From sequence record SRR20825010_3726: a DNA stretch of 20,000 bases; one strand, written 5' to 3'. This document shows, one piece after another, positions 1-8,833 of this stretch (positions are counted from its first letter, which is position 1; each line of letters begins with the position of its first letter). The notes beneath the pieces were generated by a model. That model saw nothing but the letters and a program-made list of their open reading frames with translations. It did not search any database and was not told where the DNA came from. The position numbers were made by a program, and so were the translations under genes.

Positions 1-779
1 AGTAACACGTGAAGGTCTCTGAGCCGGCTGGTGGCTTGGCCATGCCGTTTCAGACTCTTGACGGCCTTGCGTAAATCGCTGTCACCACTGATGTCGACAA
101 CTGCTTCGGCGATGGCCCGGCTGCGGCGAATGGCAATACGGTACTGATGCAGAAACTCGTCGTCGTACCCCTGCAATACGCCCGGTTCCAGATCCCTGAT
201 GCGTTGATACTGGTGTAACAGCGATTCCGGGATGTGCCATGCCAGCGGAGAGTGCTCGTCGATACGGATTTTCGTCCGTTTGCGATGAAACTGCTCATAG
301 CTGACGTCTTTGGGTGTCAGGAACCGTTCAAGCCGGCCCCTGTTCTTGCCGATCTCGCACCAGTGCTCTATGGGCAGGGTGATGTGCATGTAGCTGCACG
401 TGGGGAAGGTGTCGGGTGCGTGCTTCAGCAGTAAGCCTGCCAGATCCTCCAGCGCAGGGTTGTGGCCAATCAGGGTAATGCTGTCTTCGTTCCGGTCGCG
501 CAGCCAGTCGAGCACGACCTCATGGTTGAACGTGTATAGAACAGGCGCCAGTTTGACGGCGTTTTGATGGTTGCTCGGGATCAGGCCTTCCAGGGTTTGT
601 TGTGCGCGGGTGGCATTGCTGCAGTAGACCGTTCCATCGAACGCCCCATCCGCACGGATTGCCCTGCTCATGGGAGCCAGCTGTTTCAGGCCCCGGTTGT
701 TGAGGGGGCGCTGGTGATCACGAAGGCCATCATCGGCCCAGCTGGATTTGGCGTGGCGAATCAAATAGAGGTGTTTCAT
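1..779 (-). CDS. SixA-like histidine phosphatase fused to a CHAD (polyphosphate-binding) domain; 3' end lies outside the window
   Basis: Translated by hand; missing from the ORF track because there is no stop in the window. ATG at 779-777 with AGGGG 5 nt upstream, open to base 1 (259 codons). The N-terminus MKHLYLIRHAKSSWADDGLRDHQRPLNNRG...SNATRAQQT...LIGHNPALE carries SixA/histidine phosphatase motifs. It continues in frame into DDEFLHQYRIAIRRSRA...TSRLRDLHV, the CHAD HxxRxxxRRxR and RD motifs. Confidence 0.9.
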   Translation of the reverse strand, partial: MKHLYLIRHAKSSWADDGLRDHQRPLNNRGLKQLAPMSRAIRADGAFDGTVYCSNATRAQQTLEGLIPSNHQNAVKLAPVLYTFNHEVVLDWLRDRNEDSITLIGHNPALEDLAGLLLKHAPDTFPTCSYMHITLPIEHWCEIGKNRGRLERFLTPKDVSYEQFHRKRTKIRIDEHSPLAWHIPESLLHQYQRIRDLEPGVLQGYDDEFLHQYRIAIRRSRAIAEAVVDISGDSDLRKAVKSLKRHGQATSRLRDLHVL

Positions 780-859
780 CCGTGCCCCTGAAACTGGTTT
801 TATTGGGCCAGGTTTGATGAATCGGACGTTTGGGGCTAGACCTTTAGTCTAACGCTGGT

Positions 860-886
860 TCAAGTCCATCCGCTACCGGCCGTTAA
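860..886 (+). promoter_or_regulatory. Sigma28 (FliA)-type promoter of the chemoreceptor gene
   Basis: TCAA(860-863)-N15-GCCGTTAA(879-886) versus the consensus TAAA/TCAA-N15-GCCGATAA: exact spacing, one mismatch in the -10 box, and upstream of an MCP, a typical FliA target. Confidence 0.7.
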
Positions 887-1046
887 GACTTTTAACAATA
901 AAAGCAAATGCATGAATGAGTTGTGGCAGTGTCGCAGCTTTACACCCCGAAGTCGCACACACCGGTATTACAAACTGGAACACACCCTGGGTGCCCGGTT
1001 GTGGATAATTACGCTGAACATTTGATCTCATACGGAGAACTTCTTG

Positions 1047-2723
1047 ATGACATTGCTGAGCCGGTTACGCATTCGTTCCCGTCTTCTGCTGGGCGTTCTG
1101 ATCCCGGTAGTAATAACGGCGGCAACCCTTGCCTGGATTACGGTCGCCCAGATCAAAAGCGGTGGTGAGGCTGAGCTTGAGCGCCTTGAAGCAAGTTTGC
1201 TTGAGGCACGAAAGGAAGGTGTAAAGAACCTTGTGGATACTGCGCGCTCTCTGGTTTTGAACGCCAAGAACAATCCGGATCTTTCGGATCGCGAAGCGAA
1301 GGAGGAAGCACGGAAGCGTCTGCGTTCAATCAGGTACGAGGGCGGAAACTATGTTTTCGCATATGCTCGCGACCTGGAAAATCTGGCCTACGCCCCCGAC
1401 CCTTCTCGCGAAGGCCCCACAACCAATCCAGACGTGCAGAAACTGGTTCGGTCACTGTTCAATGCGGCCGAGGATGGTGGTTTTTTCGGTTACGACTGGC
1501 CCAATCCAGAGTCAGGCGAGGTAGAACCAAAGGTGTCTTATTCAACGATTATTCCAGATTGGGACTGGATGATTGGCACTGGCGTTTATGTCACTGACAT
1601 TGACCGGGTTGTTTCTGCCGCTCGCGCGGATATTGAAGCGGAGATAGCCGAAACCCTCGGTTTTATCGTTCTGGTTACGGTGGTTGTGGTGATTATCGCA
1701 CTGCTCATCGGCATGTTTGTCGGCCGTACGGTAACGAAGCCGCTGAACACCGTTATTGCCATGATGAAGGACATCGCCGAGGGTGAGGGCGACCTCCGCC
1801 ACCGTCTGCCGGACGAAGGAAACGACGAACTCGCCGAGCTTGGGCGTCGCTTCAACGCCTTCGTGGTGAAAATCCAGGACACCATCCGCGATGTCGGCGC
1901 GACCACTGACCAGGTTGCCTCGGCCGCGGAAGAGCTCAGCCGTGTTGCCAATGAAACCCGTGCGTCGGTACAAGAGCAGGGTTCGGAAACCGATCAGATT
2001 GCCTCCGCCATTAATGAGATGGCGGCCACGATCCAGCAGATTTCCGGCAATGCCAACTCGGTGGAAAGCGCCGCCTCTGACGCCGACAGGCTTGCACGGG
2101 ATGGCGGCGAGACCATTGCCAACGCACAGGCGTCCGTCAATCAGTTGTCGGAGGAGATTGAGTCCAGCTCTGGCCGTATCAGTAATCTTGCTGAGAAAAC
2201 CGACGAGATTACCCAGGTGCTGGACGTCATCCACGCCGTCACTGACCAGACCAACCTGCTGGCCCTTAACGCAGCCATTGAGGCCGCCCGGGCCGGTGAG
2301 CATGGCCGTGGTTTCTCGGTGGTTGCCGATGAAGTCCGCCAGCTGGCCAAACGCAGTGCGGAATCCGCTGATCAGATTCGCGGTATGATTGACGGCTTCG
2401 TGACCGAGTCCCGCGCGGCGGTCGAGCGGATGGACGCGTCCCGCCAACGCTCCAGTGAAACGGTTGAGCGTATCAATCACGCCACTGACGCCCTGCGCAC
2501 CATTGAGAAGTCTGTGGGCCATATTCATGATCAGGTGACCCAGATTGCCACCGCGGCGGAACAGCAAAGCCAGGTGGCCGAGGAAATCAACCAGAACGTG
2601 GTGCGCATCGTGGACGCGGCGCAGCGTAGCGATACTGGTGTGAACCAGACCAACGAGGCGAGCCACGAGTTGGCGCGGCTTGGTGAGAGTCTGCGTGAGC
2701 TGGTAGGCCAGTTCAAGGTATAG
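1047..2723 (+). CDS. Methyl-accepting chemotaxis protein (TM - single Cache/sCache_2-like - TM - HAMP - signalling domain)
   Basis: Two hydrophobic helices flank a ~170 aa periplasmic domain with sCache_2-like segments (LRSIRYEGGNYVFAY, YDWPNP...PKVSY...WDWMIGTGVY). HAMP segment DLRHRLP...DELAELGRRFN. MCP hairpin QTNLLALNAAIEAARAGEHGRGFSVVADEVRQLA. ATG 1047 has GGAG at 1034-1037, so it is preferred over TTG 1044. Confidence 0.96.
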   Translation: MTLLSRLRIRSRLLLGVLIPVVITAATLAWITVAQIKSGGEAELERLEASLLEARKEGVKNLVDTARSLVLNAKNNPDLSDREAKEEARKRLRSIRYEGGNYVFAYARDLENLAYAPDPSREGPTTNPDVQKLVRSLFNAAEDGGFFGYDWPNPESGEVEPKVSYSTIIPDWDWMIGTGVYVTDIDRVVSAARADIEAEIAETLGFIVLVTVVVVIIALLIGMFVGRTVTKPLNTVIAMMKDIAEGEGDLRHRLPDEGNDELAELGRRFNAFVVKIQDTIRDVGATTDQVASAAEELSRVANETRASVQEQGSETDQIASAINEMAATIQQISGNANSVESAASDADRLARDGGETIANAQASVNQLSEEIESSSGRISNLAEKTDEITQVLDVIHAVTDQTNLLALNAAIEAARAGEHGRGFSVVADEVRQLAKRSAESADQIRGMIDGFVTESRAAVERMDASRQRSSETVERINHATDALRTIEKSVGHIHDQVTQIATAAEQQSQVAEEINQNVVRIVDAAQRSDTGVNQTNEASHELARLGESLRELVGQFKV

Positions 2724-2749
2724 AACCGTTGCTTCTGGTCGGTCGACGA

Positions 2750-2778
2750 TTGGCGTCAGCCGGCCAGCAAGCTATGAT
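2750..2778 (+). promoter_or_regulatory. Putative sigma70/sigmaS-type promoter for the TRAP-SBP/pot transcript
   Basis: TTGGCG(2750-2755)-17 nt-TATGAT(2773-2778), about 50 nt upstream of ATG 2827; C at -13. Confidence 0.45.
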
Positions 2779-2826
2779 GTGGGCGATCTGATCCGACCAC
2801 TACAAAAAACGGAACCTGACCTCGCT

Positions 2827-3897
2827 ATGACTATTCGCAAATCTTTCATGACCGTCCTGGCATTGGTGTTCGCGCTGGCAAGCGCGTCGCTGTCGGCCCA
2901 GGAAACCTATACGCTTCGCCTCGCAGAAACCTGGGGGCCCAACTCTCCGATTCTGGGTGAAACAACGCGCCACATGGCCTCGATGGCTGAGAAGATGTCG
3001 GGCGGCCGCCTGCAGTTCCGCATTGACTCATCCAACAAGCACAAGGCGCCATTCGGTATTTTCGATATGGTGAAGGCGGGCCAGTACGATATGGGGCATA
3101 CCGCCTCGTATTACTACAAAGGCTCGATTCCCAATGCCATGTATTTCACCACCGTTCCCTTCGGGATGATTGCACCTGAACAATACGCCTGGTTTTACTA
3201 CGGTGGCGGCATGGAATTGATGGAAAAGGTATATCGTCCCCATGGCTTGCTGTCGTTCCCCGGTGGCAATACCGGCAACCAGATGGGTGGCTGGTTCCGC
3301 GAGGAAATCAACAGTGTTGAGGACCTCCAGGGTTTGAAAATGCGCACACCCGGGTTCGCCGGCGAAGTGATGTCCGAAGTGGGCGTTGCGGTGACCAACA
3401 TCCCCCCTGGGGAGCTCTACAGCGCGCTGGAGCGAGGCACGATTGACGCTCTGGAGTGGGTCGGCCCGGCACTGGATTTTCAGATGGGCTTCCATCAGAT
3501 CGCAAAGTACTACTACTCCGGCTGGCAGGAGCCTGGCGCTGAAGTTCAGTTCCTGATTAACGAGAAAACCTGGAACAAGCTTCCCGAAGAGCTCCAGGAA
3601 GTACTGCGGGTGGCTATGCGGACCGCCGCCTACGACATGTACATCCAGAGCATGCATAAAAGTGGCGTGGCCTGGGATCGTATGAAGGAAGACTATCCGG
3701 ATGTCACCCATAAAACCTTCCCGCCAGAGGTCATTGAAGCGCTTCGTGATGCCACAGAGAAGCTGTTGGCCGAAGAGGCGGAGAAGGATGAACTGGCACG
3801 GGAAATCATCACTTCCCAGCAGGATTATCTGAAGCAGGTTCGTCAGTGGACCAACATTTCCGATAAGGCCTATCTGAACAGCGTTTCGGGTGAATGA
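2827..3897 (+). CDS. TRAP transporter substrate-binding protein, DctP family, TakP-like (alpha-keto acid/monocarboxylate) subgroup; no adjacent dctQM
   Basis: Signal peptide MTIRKSF...ASLSA|QE. Subfamily motifs [29 protein letters not shown] (conserved carboxylate-binding Arg), [15 protein letters not shown]. Start moved from the track's GTG 2779 to ATG 2827 so the signal peptide is N-terminal. Confidence 0.92.
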   Translation: MTIRKSFMTVLALVFALASASLSAQETYTLRLAETWGPNSPILGETTRHMASMAEKMSGGRLQFRIDSSNKHKAPFGIFDMVKAGQYDMGHTASYYYKGSIPNAMYFTTVPFGMIAPEQYAWFYYGGGMELMEKVYRPHGLLSFPGGNTGNQMGGWFREEINSVEDLQGLKMRTPGFAGEVMSEVGVAVTNIPPGELYSALERGTIDALEWVGPALDFQMGFHQIAKYYYSGWQEPGAEVQFLINEKTWNKLPEELQEVLRVAMRTAAYDMYIQSMHKSGVAWDRMKEDYPDVTHKTFPPEVIEALRDATEKLLAEEAEKDELAREIITSQQDYLKQVRQWTNISDKAYLNSVSGE

Positions 3898-5024
3898 AAG
3901 AGACGCTTCTCTCGTTGAAAAACGTCTCCAAGGCGTTTGACGACAAAACCGTGTTGAACTCGCTGGACCTGGACATCCTGGACGGCGAGTTCATCACTCT
4001 TCTGGGGCCGTCGGGTTGCGGCAAAACCACCCTGCTGCGCCTGATGGCGGGTTTTGAGCAGCCAGACACCGGGGCAGTCAGCCTGTCTGGCCATGACATT
4101 ACCCATGCCGCCCCCGAACACCGCCCCCTGAATACCGTGTTCCAGAACTACGCGTTGTTTCCCCATATGTCGGTGTACGACAACGTCGCCTATGGCCTGA
4201 AGATGGAGAAACGGCCCAGGGACGAAATTCGCCAGCGCGTGGATGAAGTGCTTGCCATGGTGCAACTGCAGGATTTCGCCCGCCGCAAACCGCATCAACT
4301 CTCTGGTGGACAGCAGCAACGGGTGGCCATTGCCCGTGCCGTGGTCAAGCGTCCGCAACTTCTGTTGCTGGATGAGCCTCTGTCTGCGCTTGACTACAAG
4401 TTGCGCCGGACCATGCAAGTGGAGTTGAAGCGACTGCAACGGGAGCTGGGCATCACGTTTGTATTCGTGACCCACGATCAGGAAGAAGCCCTGTCGATGT
4501 CGGACCGGGTGGTGGTCCTGAAAGACGGCGCGATTCAACAGCTGGGTACGCCCCGGGAAATCTATGAGCGGCCCGCCAATCTCTTTACGGCGCGCTTCGT
4601 CGGGGAGACCAACCTCTTTCCGGGATATCTGACCTCGGTTGAAGATACTGGCATTACCCTGGATATCCTGGGCCTGAGCCGTACCCTTCAGAAGCCCGGG
4701 TTTACGCTGCGCAAAGGTGAGCAGGTGAATGTCCTGCTGCGTCCGGAGGATATTCGTGTGCTGGCTCCTGAAGACGAAAAGGGTCTGGCCGGCAGGATTG
4801 TGGAGCGAAACTACAAGGGCAGCACGCTGGACTCAGTGATTCATCTTGAGGACGGTACTGAAGTGCTGGCCAGTGAGTTTTTTGATGAGGACGATCCTGC
4901 CTTTGACTATAAACTGGGCGAGCCCGTGCGGGTCAGTTGGGTCGACGGCTGGGAATGGTTGTTGCCGGTTGAACTGGAGCCCGTCAACAACGACGCAGAA
5001 GAAGGGCTGAGTACGAATGCATAG
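3894..5024 (+). CDS. potA: Spermidine/putrescine ABC transporter ATP-binding subunit
   Basis: Walker [20 protein letters not shown], signature LSGGQQQR, Walker [12 protein letters not shown], and the PotA-typical C-terminus [13 protein letters not shown] overlap with the upstream stop. Confidence 0.95.
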   Translation: MKETLLSLKNVSKAFDDKTVLNSLDLDILDGEFITLLGPSGCGKTTLLRLMAGFEQPDTGAVSLSGHDITHAAPEHRPLNTVFQNYALFPHMSVYDNVAYGLKMEKRPRDEIRQRVDEVLAMVQLQDFARRKPHQLSGGQQQRVAIARAVVKRPQLLLLDEPLSALDYKLRRTMQVELKRLQRELGITFVFVTHDQEEALSMSDRVVVLKDGAIQQLGTPREIYERPANLFTARFVGETNLFPGYLTSVEDTGITLDILGLSRTLQKPGFTLRKGEQVNVLLRPEDIRVLAPEDEKGLAGRIVERNYKGSTLDSVIHLEDGTEVLASEFFDEDDPAFDYKLGEPVRVSWVDGWEWLLPVELEPVNNDAEEGLSTNA

Positions 5025-5877
5025 GGTGTTACAGCAGCCCTTCAAAACCGCAGTGCTGATTCTGGTCTGGGGCTGGTTGTTGCTTCTTGTGCTCACCCCG
5101 AACCTACTGGTGGTGGGTGCCAGTGTGATGACACGAGACCCCGGCACCTTCCTCTCGTTGCCGCTGAACCTGGACAGTTACCGGCAGTTGTTCGACCCGC
5201 TGTACCTGGACGTGTTCCTGAACTCCCTCTACATGGCCGGCATGACGACCGTCTTCTGCCTGCTGATAGGATATCCCTTTGCCTGGGCATTATCGGGCCT
5301 GGGCAAACAGCGCCAGATGCTGCTGATTTTCCTGTTGATTGTGCCTTTCTGGACCAATTCCCTGGTGCGCACCTACGCCCTGAAACTGCTGCTGGCCACC
5401 AACGGCCTGATCAACAATGCACTCATGGGGTTGGGGCTGATCAACGAGCCGCTGAGAATGCTCTACACCGAAGGTGCTGTGATCATCGGGCTGGTATACC
5501 TGCTGCTGCCGTTCATGATCCTGCCTCTGTACTCCGTGTTCGATGACCTGAGGAAAGAGCTGCTGATGGCCTCGCACGACCTGGGAGCGGGAAAGCTTTC
5601 GACGTTCCTGCACGTGACGATACCCCTGACCTTGCCGGGCGTGCTGGCGGGCGTGATGCTGGTGCTGTTGCCTGCCATGGGCCTGTTCTTCGTGGCGGAC
5701 ATACTGGGTGGTTCCCGCAATCTGCTGGTCGGCAATGTCATCAAGAACCAGTTCCTGGACGCCCGTGACTGGCCCTTCGGTGCCGCCGCCAGCATTCTGT
5801 TGACGGTTGCCATGGCTGTCCTGCTGTTTGCGCACCGGCTCAGCCAGCGGCGGCTCGGTGAGGAGGCCAGGGCATGA
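5017..5877 (+). CDS. potB: Spermidine/putrescine ABC transporter permease
   Basis: Hydrophobic; [23 protein letters not shown]-like loop [22 protein letters not shown]; overlaps potA by 8 nt. Confidence 0.94.
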   Translation: MHRVLQQPFKTAVLILVWGWLLLLVLTPNLLVVGASVMTRDPGTFLSLPLNLDSYRQLFDPLYLDVFLNSLYMAGMTTVFCLLIGYPFAWALSGLGKQRQMLLIFLLIVPFWTNSLVRTYALKLLLATNGLINNALMGLGLINEPLRMLYTEGAVIIGLVYLLLPFMILPLYSVFDDLRKELLMASHDLGAGKLSTFLHVTIPLTLPGVLAGVMLVLLPAMGLFFVADILGGSRNLLVGNVIKNQFLDARDWPFGAAASILLTVAMAVLLFAHRLSQRRLGEEARA

Positions 5878-6644
5878 ATCGCTGGCTGCCGAAAACCTAT
5901 CTCACCCTGGTGTATGTGTTGCTCTACCTGCCGATCCTGGTGCTGGTGGTGTTTTCGTTTAACAGTTCCCGCACCGGGTACCGCTGGGGCGGGCTCAGTC
6001 TGCAATGGTACGAGTCGCTGTTCAATAACCACGCCATGGTCCAGGCCATGTGGAATTCCCTCTGGCTGGCACTGGCGGCGGCCACGGTATCGACCATTAT
6101 TGGCGCGCTGACAGCGTTGGCTCTTCACCGGTATCGCTTTCGTGGCAAGCGTGTGCTGCGCGGGATGCTGTTTGTGGTGATGATGTCGCCCGAGATTGTA
6201 TTGGCCATCTCTTTGCTGGTGTTGTTCCTGTTGGTGGGCCTGCAACTGGGGTTTGTCTCTCTGCTGCTGGCCCACGTAACCTTCTGCCTGCCATTTGTGG
6301 TGATCACCGTAATGGCACGATTGAGCGGGTTCGATGAAAGCCTGCCCGAAGCGGCGCGGGATCTGGGCGCCAATGATTTCACCATGACCCGCACGGTACT
6401 GATTCCGGTAATCATGCCAGCATTGCTGGCTGGATGGCTGTTGGGCTTCACCCTGTCACTGGACGATGTGGTGGTGAGCACCTTTGTGAGTGGCCCCAGC
6501 TATGAAATTCTGCCACTTCGCATCTACTCTATGGTGCGTGTGGGCCTTAAGCCGGAAGTGAATGCCCTGGGCACCCTGCTGCTGGTGTTTTCCCTGGCAA
6601 TGTTGATGCTGTCCCAATGGATACTGACAAGGAGCAAACGATGA
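5874..6644 (+). CDS. potC: Spermidine/putrescine ABC transporter permease
   Basis: LYLPILVLVVFSFN, EAARDLGA loop, FTLSLDDVVVS, LPLRIYSMVRVG..PEVNAL; ATGA overlap with potB. Confidence 0.94.
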   Translation: MNRWLPKTYLTLVYVLLYLPILVLVVFSFNSSRTGYRWGGLSLQWYESLFNNHAMVQAMWNSLWLALAAATVSTIIGALTALALHRYRFRGKRVLRGMLFVVMMSPEIVLAISLLVLFLLVGLQLGFVSLLLAHVTFCLPFVVITVMARLSGFDESLPEAARDLGANDFTMTRTVLIPVIMPALLAGWLLGFTLSLDDVVVSTFVSGPSYEILPLRIYSMVRVGLKPEVNALGTLLLVFSLAMLMLSQWILTRSKR

Positions 6645-7684
6645 AGAAGCTGGCGTTGGCGGGCCTGATGGCTGCAACCCTGACCGGATGCAGCTCGCAG
6701 GAAGAGCCGCAGGTACTGAACCTCTACAACTGGTCTGAGTACATGCCCCAGGAGGTATTGGACCGCTTTGAGGAGGAAACCGGTATCCAGGTGGTCTACA
6801 CCACCTATGACAGCAATGAGGCTATGTATGCGCGGCTGAAACTTCTGGATGACAGCGGCCAGTACGATCTTGCGCTGCCCTCCACCTATTACGTCAACAA
6901 AATGCGTAAGGAAGGGCTGCTGGAAAAGATCAACCACGAGAAACTGGAAGGCTTCGAAAAGCTCGACCCCGAGCTGACGAACCTGGATATCGACCCTGAA
7001 AACCAATACAGCGTTCCCTACCTCTGGGGCACCACAGGGCTGGCCTACGATGCCAATGATGTTGAGGGCGAAGAGGTAACGGCCTGGTCGGATCTGTGGG
7101 ACGAGAAATACGAAGGCCGCGTGATGCTTACCAACGACATGCGCGAGGTGTTCCACATCGGGCTGAGAGTGCTCGGATACTCTGGCAACAGCACCGATCC
7201 CGAAGAGATCGAGGCGGCTTATGACAAGCTGACCGAACTGATGCCTGCGGTGCGTACCTTCAACTCGGATGCACCGCGAATGCCCTATCTTGAAGGCGAG
7301 ACCGACATCGGCATGATCTGGAATGGTGAAGCCGTGATGGGTGAGGAGGACATGCCGTCCCTTGAATACGTCTATCCGGAAGAGGGCATCATTGTCTGGC
7401 TCGACAGCTTTGTGATTCCCAAGAACGCCGAGAATGCAGACGCTGCCCATCAATTCATCAGTTTTGTCATGCGGCCGGAAATCTCCGCGTTGATCAGTGA
7501 AGACATCGGCTATGCCACGCCCAACCTTGCGGCCCGCGAACTGTTGAGCGATGAAGTGGCCAACGACCGCACCAGCTACCCGACACCGGAAGACCTGACC
7601 AACGCCGAGTTCCAGAAGGACGTGGGTGACGATGCCATGCAGGTCTATACCAAATACTGGGAAATGCTGAAGTCCGGGCAGTAA
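6641..7684 (+). CDS. potD: Spermidine/putrescine-binding protein with a lipoprotein-type signal
   Basis: PotD binding-site motifs YNWSEY, PSTYY, NDMRE, IWNG, WLDS, GYATPN. ATG 6641 follows AAGGAG and overlaps the potC stop (ATGA), so it is preferred over 6617. The signal MKKLALAGLMAATLTGC ends in a lipobox. Confidence 0.93.
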   Translation: MKKLALAGLMAATLTGCSSQEEPQVLNLYNWSEYMPQEVLDRFEEETGIQVVYTTYDSNEAMYARLKLLDDSGQYDLALPSTYYVNKMRKEGLLEKINHEKLEGFEKLDPELTNLDIDPENQYSVPYLWGTTGLAYDANDVEGEEVTAWSDLWDEKYEGRVMLTNDMREVFHIGLRVLGYSGNSTDPEEIEAAYDKLTELMPAVRTFNSDAPRMPYLEGETDIGMIWNGEAVMGEEDMPSLEYVYPEEGIIVWLDSFVIPKNAENADAAHQFISFVMRPEISALISEDIGYATPNLAARELLSDEVANDRTSYPTPEDLTNAEFQKDVGDDAMQVYTKYWEMLKSGQ

Positions 7685-7703
7685 ACCCGCAAACGGCCTG
7701 ATC

Positions 7704-7730
7704 CGCCCCGGAAATCAGATCTCCGGGGCG
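7704..7730. terminator. GC-rich hairpin between the convergent potD and HAD genes (possible terminator)
   Basis: CGCCCCGGA(7704-7712)/TCCGGGGCG(7722-7730), a 9-bp perfect stem whose 9-nt loop contains the HAD stop codon; no strong U-tract. Confidence 0.45.
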
Positions 7731-8671
7731 ATAAAGTCAGGCGCGATACCAGACTGCGCGATGCAGCGCGGTATATCCATACCCTGCAGGGAGCCCTCGG
7801 CCGTCACCAGCAGGGTTTTCATGCCGGCGTTCTGCCCGCCCAGGATGTCCGTATGAAGGGTGTCGCCCACCATGAGTATCTGCCCCGGCGGCACGTCCGC
7901 GAAGCGCTCAAGCACAGCCTGGAAAGCAGGTGCATAGGGCTTGCCGTAGAACTGCGGTTGGACACCGCTGGCCTCACGGGCCCGGTGGGCGAAGAATCCG
8001 GGTTCCAGCGTCAGGCAGTCGCCGCGGGGGGCCACCAGATCTGGATTGGCGATTTCCAGTGGCCTCGGCCGTTCTGTCAGTGTGGCCTCCAGTGCCGCCT
8101 GCATCTCCTCGTTCCAATCCTCGCTGCTGAGCATGATCAGGCCGTCATAGCTATCCAGTTTTCGTTTCAGTTGCTCCGTGACGGGGGGCCGCACCGGTTG
8201 CCAGTCTAGCGGCAGCGTGTCCGGTTCGGAATTCTCCGGGGCAATGACACCCCATAGGCCTTCGCGTCCCCGGTCGGACAGAGACTGCTCCAACAACCAG
8301 CGGCTGGAGATCAACTGTTCCGGCGTGATGTCGAACCCCATGCGCCGATACTTCTCCACCAGTCTGGCGTGGCTGGCGGTAGCCGCGTTGGAGAGAATCT
8401 GGACGTGTTTGCCCATTCGTTGCAGCTCGCGAAACCGTTGAATGGCTGCGGGGAAGGCCCTGGGTCCGGCATTCAGCACCCCAAAGGCATCGAACACGTA
8501 TACCTGGAACCGGTCCGCCAGCGGCGCCATATCCTCCAGCGTGACTGGTCGAGGCTGTTCTGAGGTCGGCAGGCCCGCAGGCAGCCAGCGACGGATCTGC
8601 TCATACTGGTGGAAAGCCCAGGCTGGAGTGGGTGTTATGCCATTAAACGAGGTGGGGTGGGTATCGATCAT
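7715..8671 (-). CDS. HAD-superfamily subfamily IIA (NagD-like) hydrolase
   Basis: Motif I VFDAFGVL, motif II LSNA, cap ANPDLVAP, motif III GKPY, motif IV MVGDTLHTDILGG. Start codon uncertain. Confidence 0.9.
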   Translation of the reverse strand: MIDTHPTSFNGITPTPAWAFHQYEQIRRWLPAGLPTSEQPRPVTLEDMAPLADRFQVYVFDAFGVLNAGPRAFPAAIQRFRELQRMGKHVQILSNAATASHARLVEKYRRMGFDITPEQLISSRWLLEQSLSDRGREGLWGVIAPENSEPDTLPLDWQPVRPPVTEQLKRKLDSYDGLIMLSSEDWNEEMQAALEATLTERPRPLEIANPDLVAPRGDCLTLEPGFFAHRAREASGVQPQFYGKPYAPAFQAVLERFADVPPGQILMVGDTLHTDILGGQNAGMKTLLVTAEGSLQGMDIPRCIAQSGIAPDFIAPEI

Positions 8672-8833
8672 TGGCCTAGAGTACCGCTTGGCGTACCTCG
8701 GCGGAAACCCATTTCCAGCGCTGGACGGTTTTGTGACAGGGGATAGGCGAACGGCGCTGAAATCGTTGTATAAAGGAGCAGTTAGTGCTTGTGTTTATTG
8801 CGCGCCTGAGCGAGTTTAACTCCATAGATGTTG

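Noticed and set aside
27..34. E. coli Chi octamer GCTGGTGG (also at 5942-5949), noted because recC/recB are in the window
   Set aside because: Two noticed copies in 20 kb of GC-rich coding DNA are unremarkable, Chi sequences are lineage-specific, and Chi position is unrelated to recBCD position.
50..791. ORF-track calls 50..298(-), 234..434(+) and 564..791(+)
   Set aside because: They are off-frame or antisense shadows of the SixA-CHAD gene, whose frame carries recognisable motifs.
930..1010. c-di-GMP riboswitch upstream of the chemoreceptor
   Set aside because: The class I hallmarks (GGCAAA-type P1 junction, GNRA tetraloop and its receptor) are not evident; kept only as a generic structured leader.
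923..1168. 81-aa GTG-start ORF overlapping the MCP leader (possible leader peptide)
   Set aside because: No clear SD, out-of-frame overlap with the MCP, and no recognisable composition or motif.
1542..2666. 374-aa antisense ORF inside the MCP, and similar long antisense ORFs (5463..6275, 6524..7453, 14095..14967, 18226..19122)
   Set aside because: They lie wholly or largely opposite well-supported genes and show no recognisable motifs; codon bias in GC-rich genes suppresses stops on the opposite strand.
2779..2826. Longer start for the TRAP SBP at GTG 2779
   Set aside because: It directly abuts the predicted -10 box and would bury the signal peptide.
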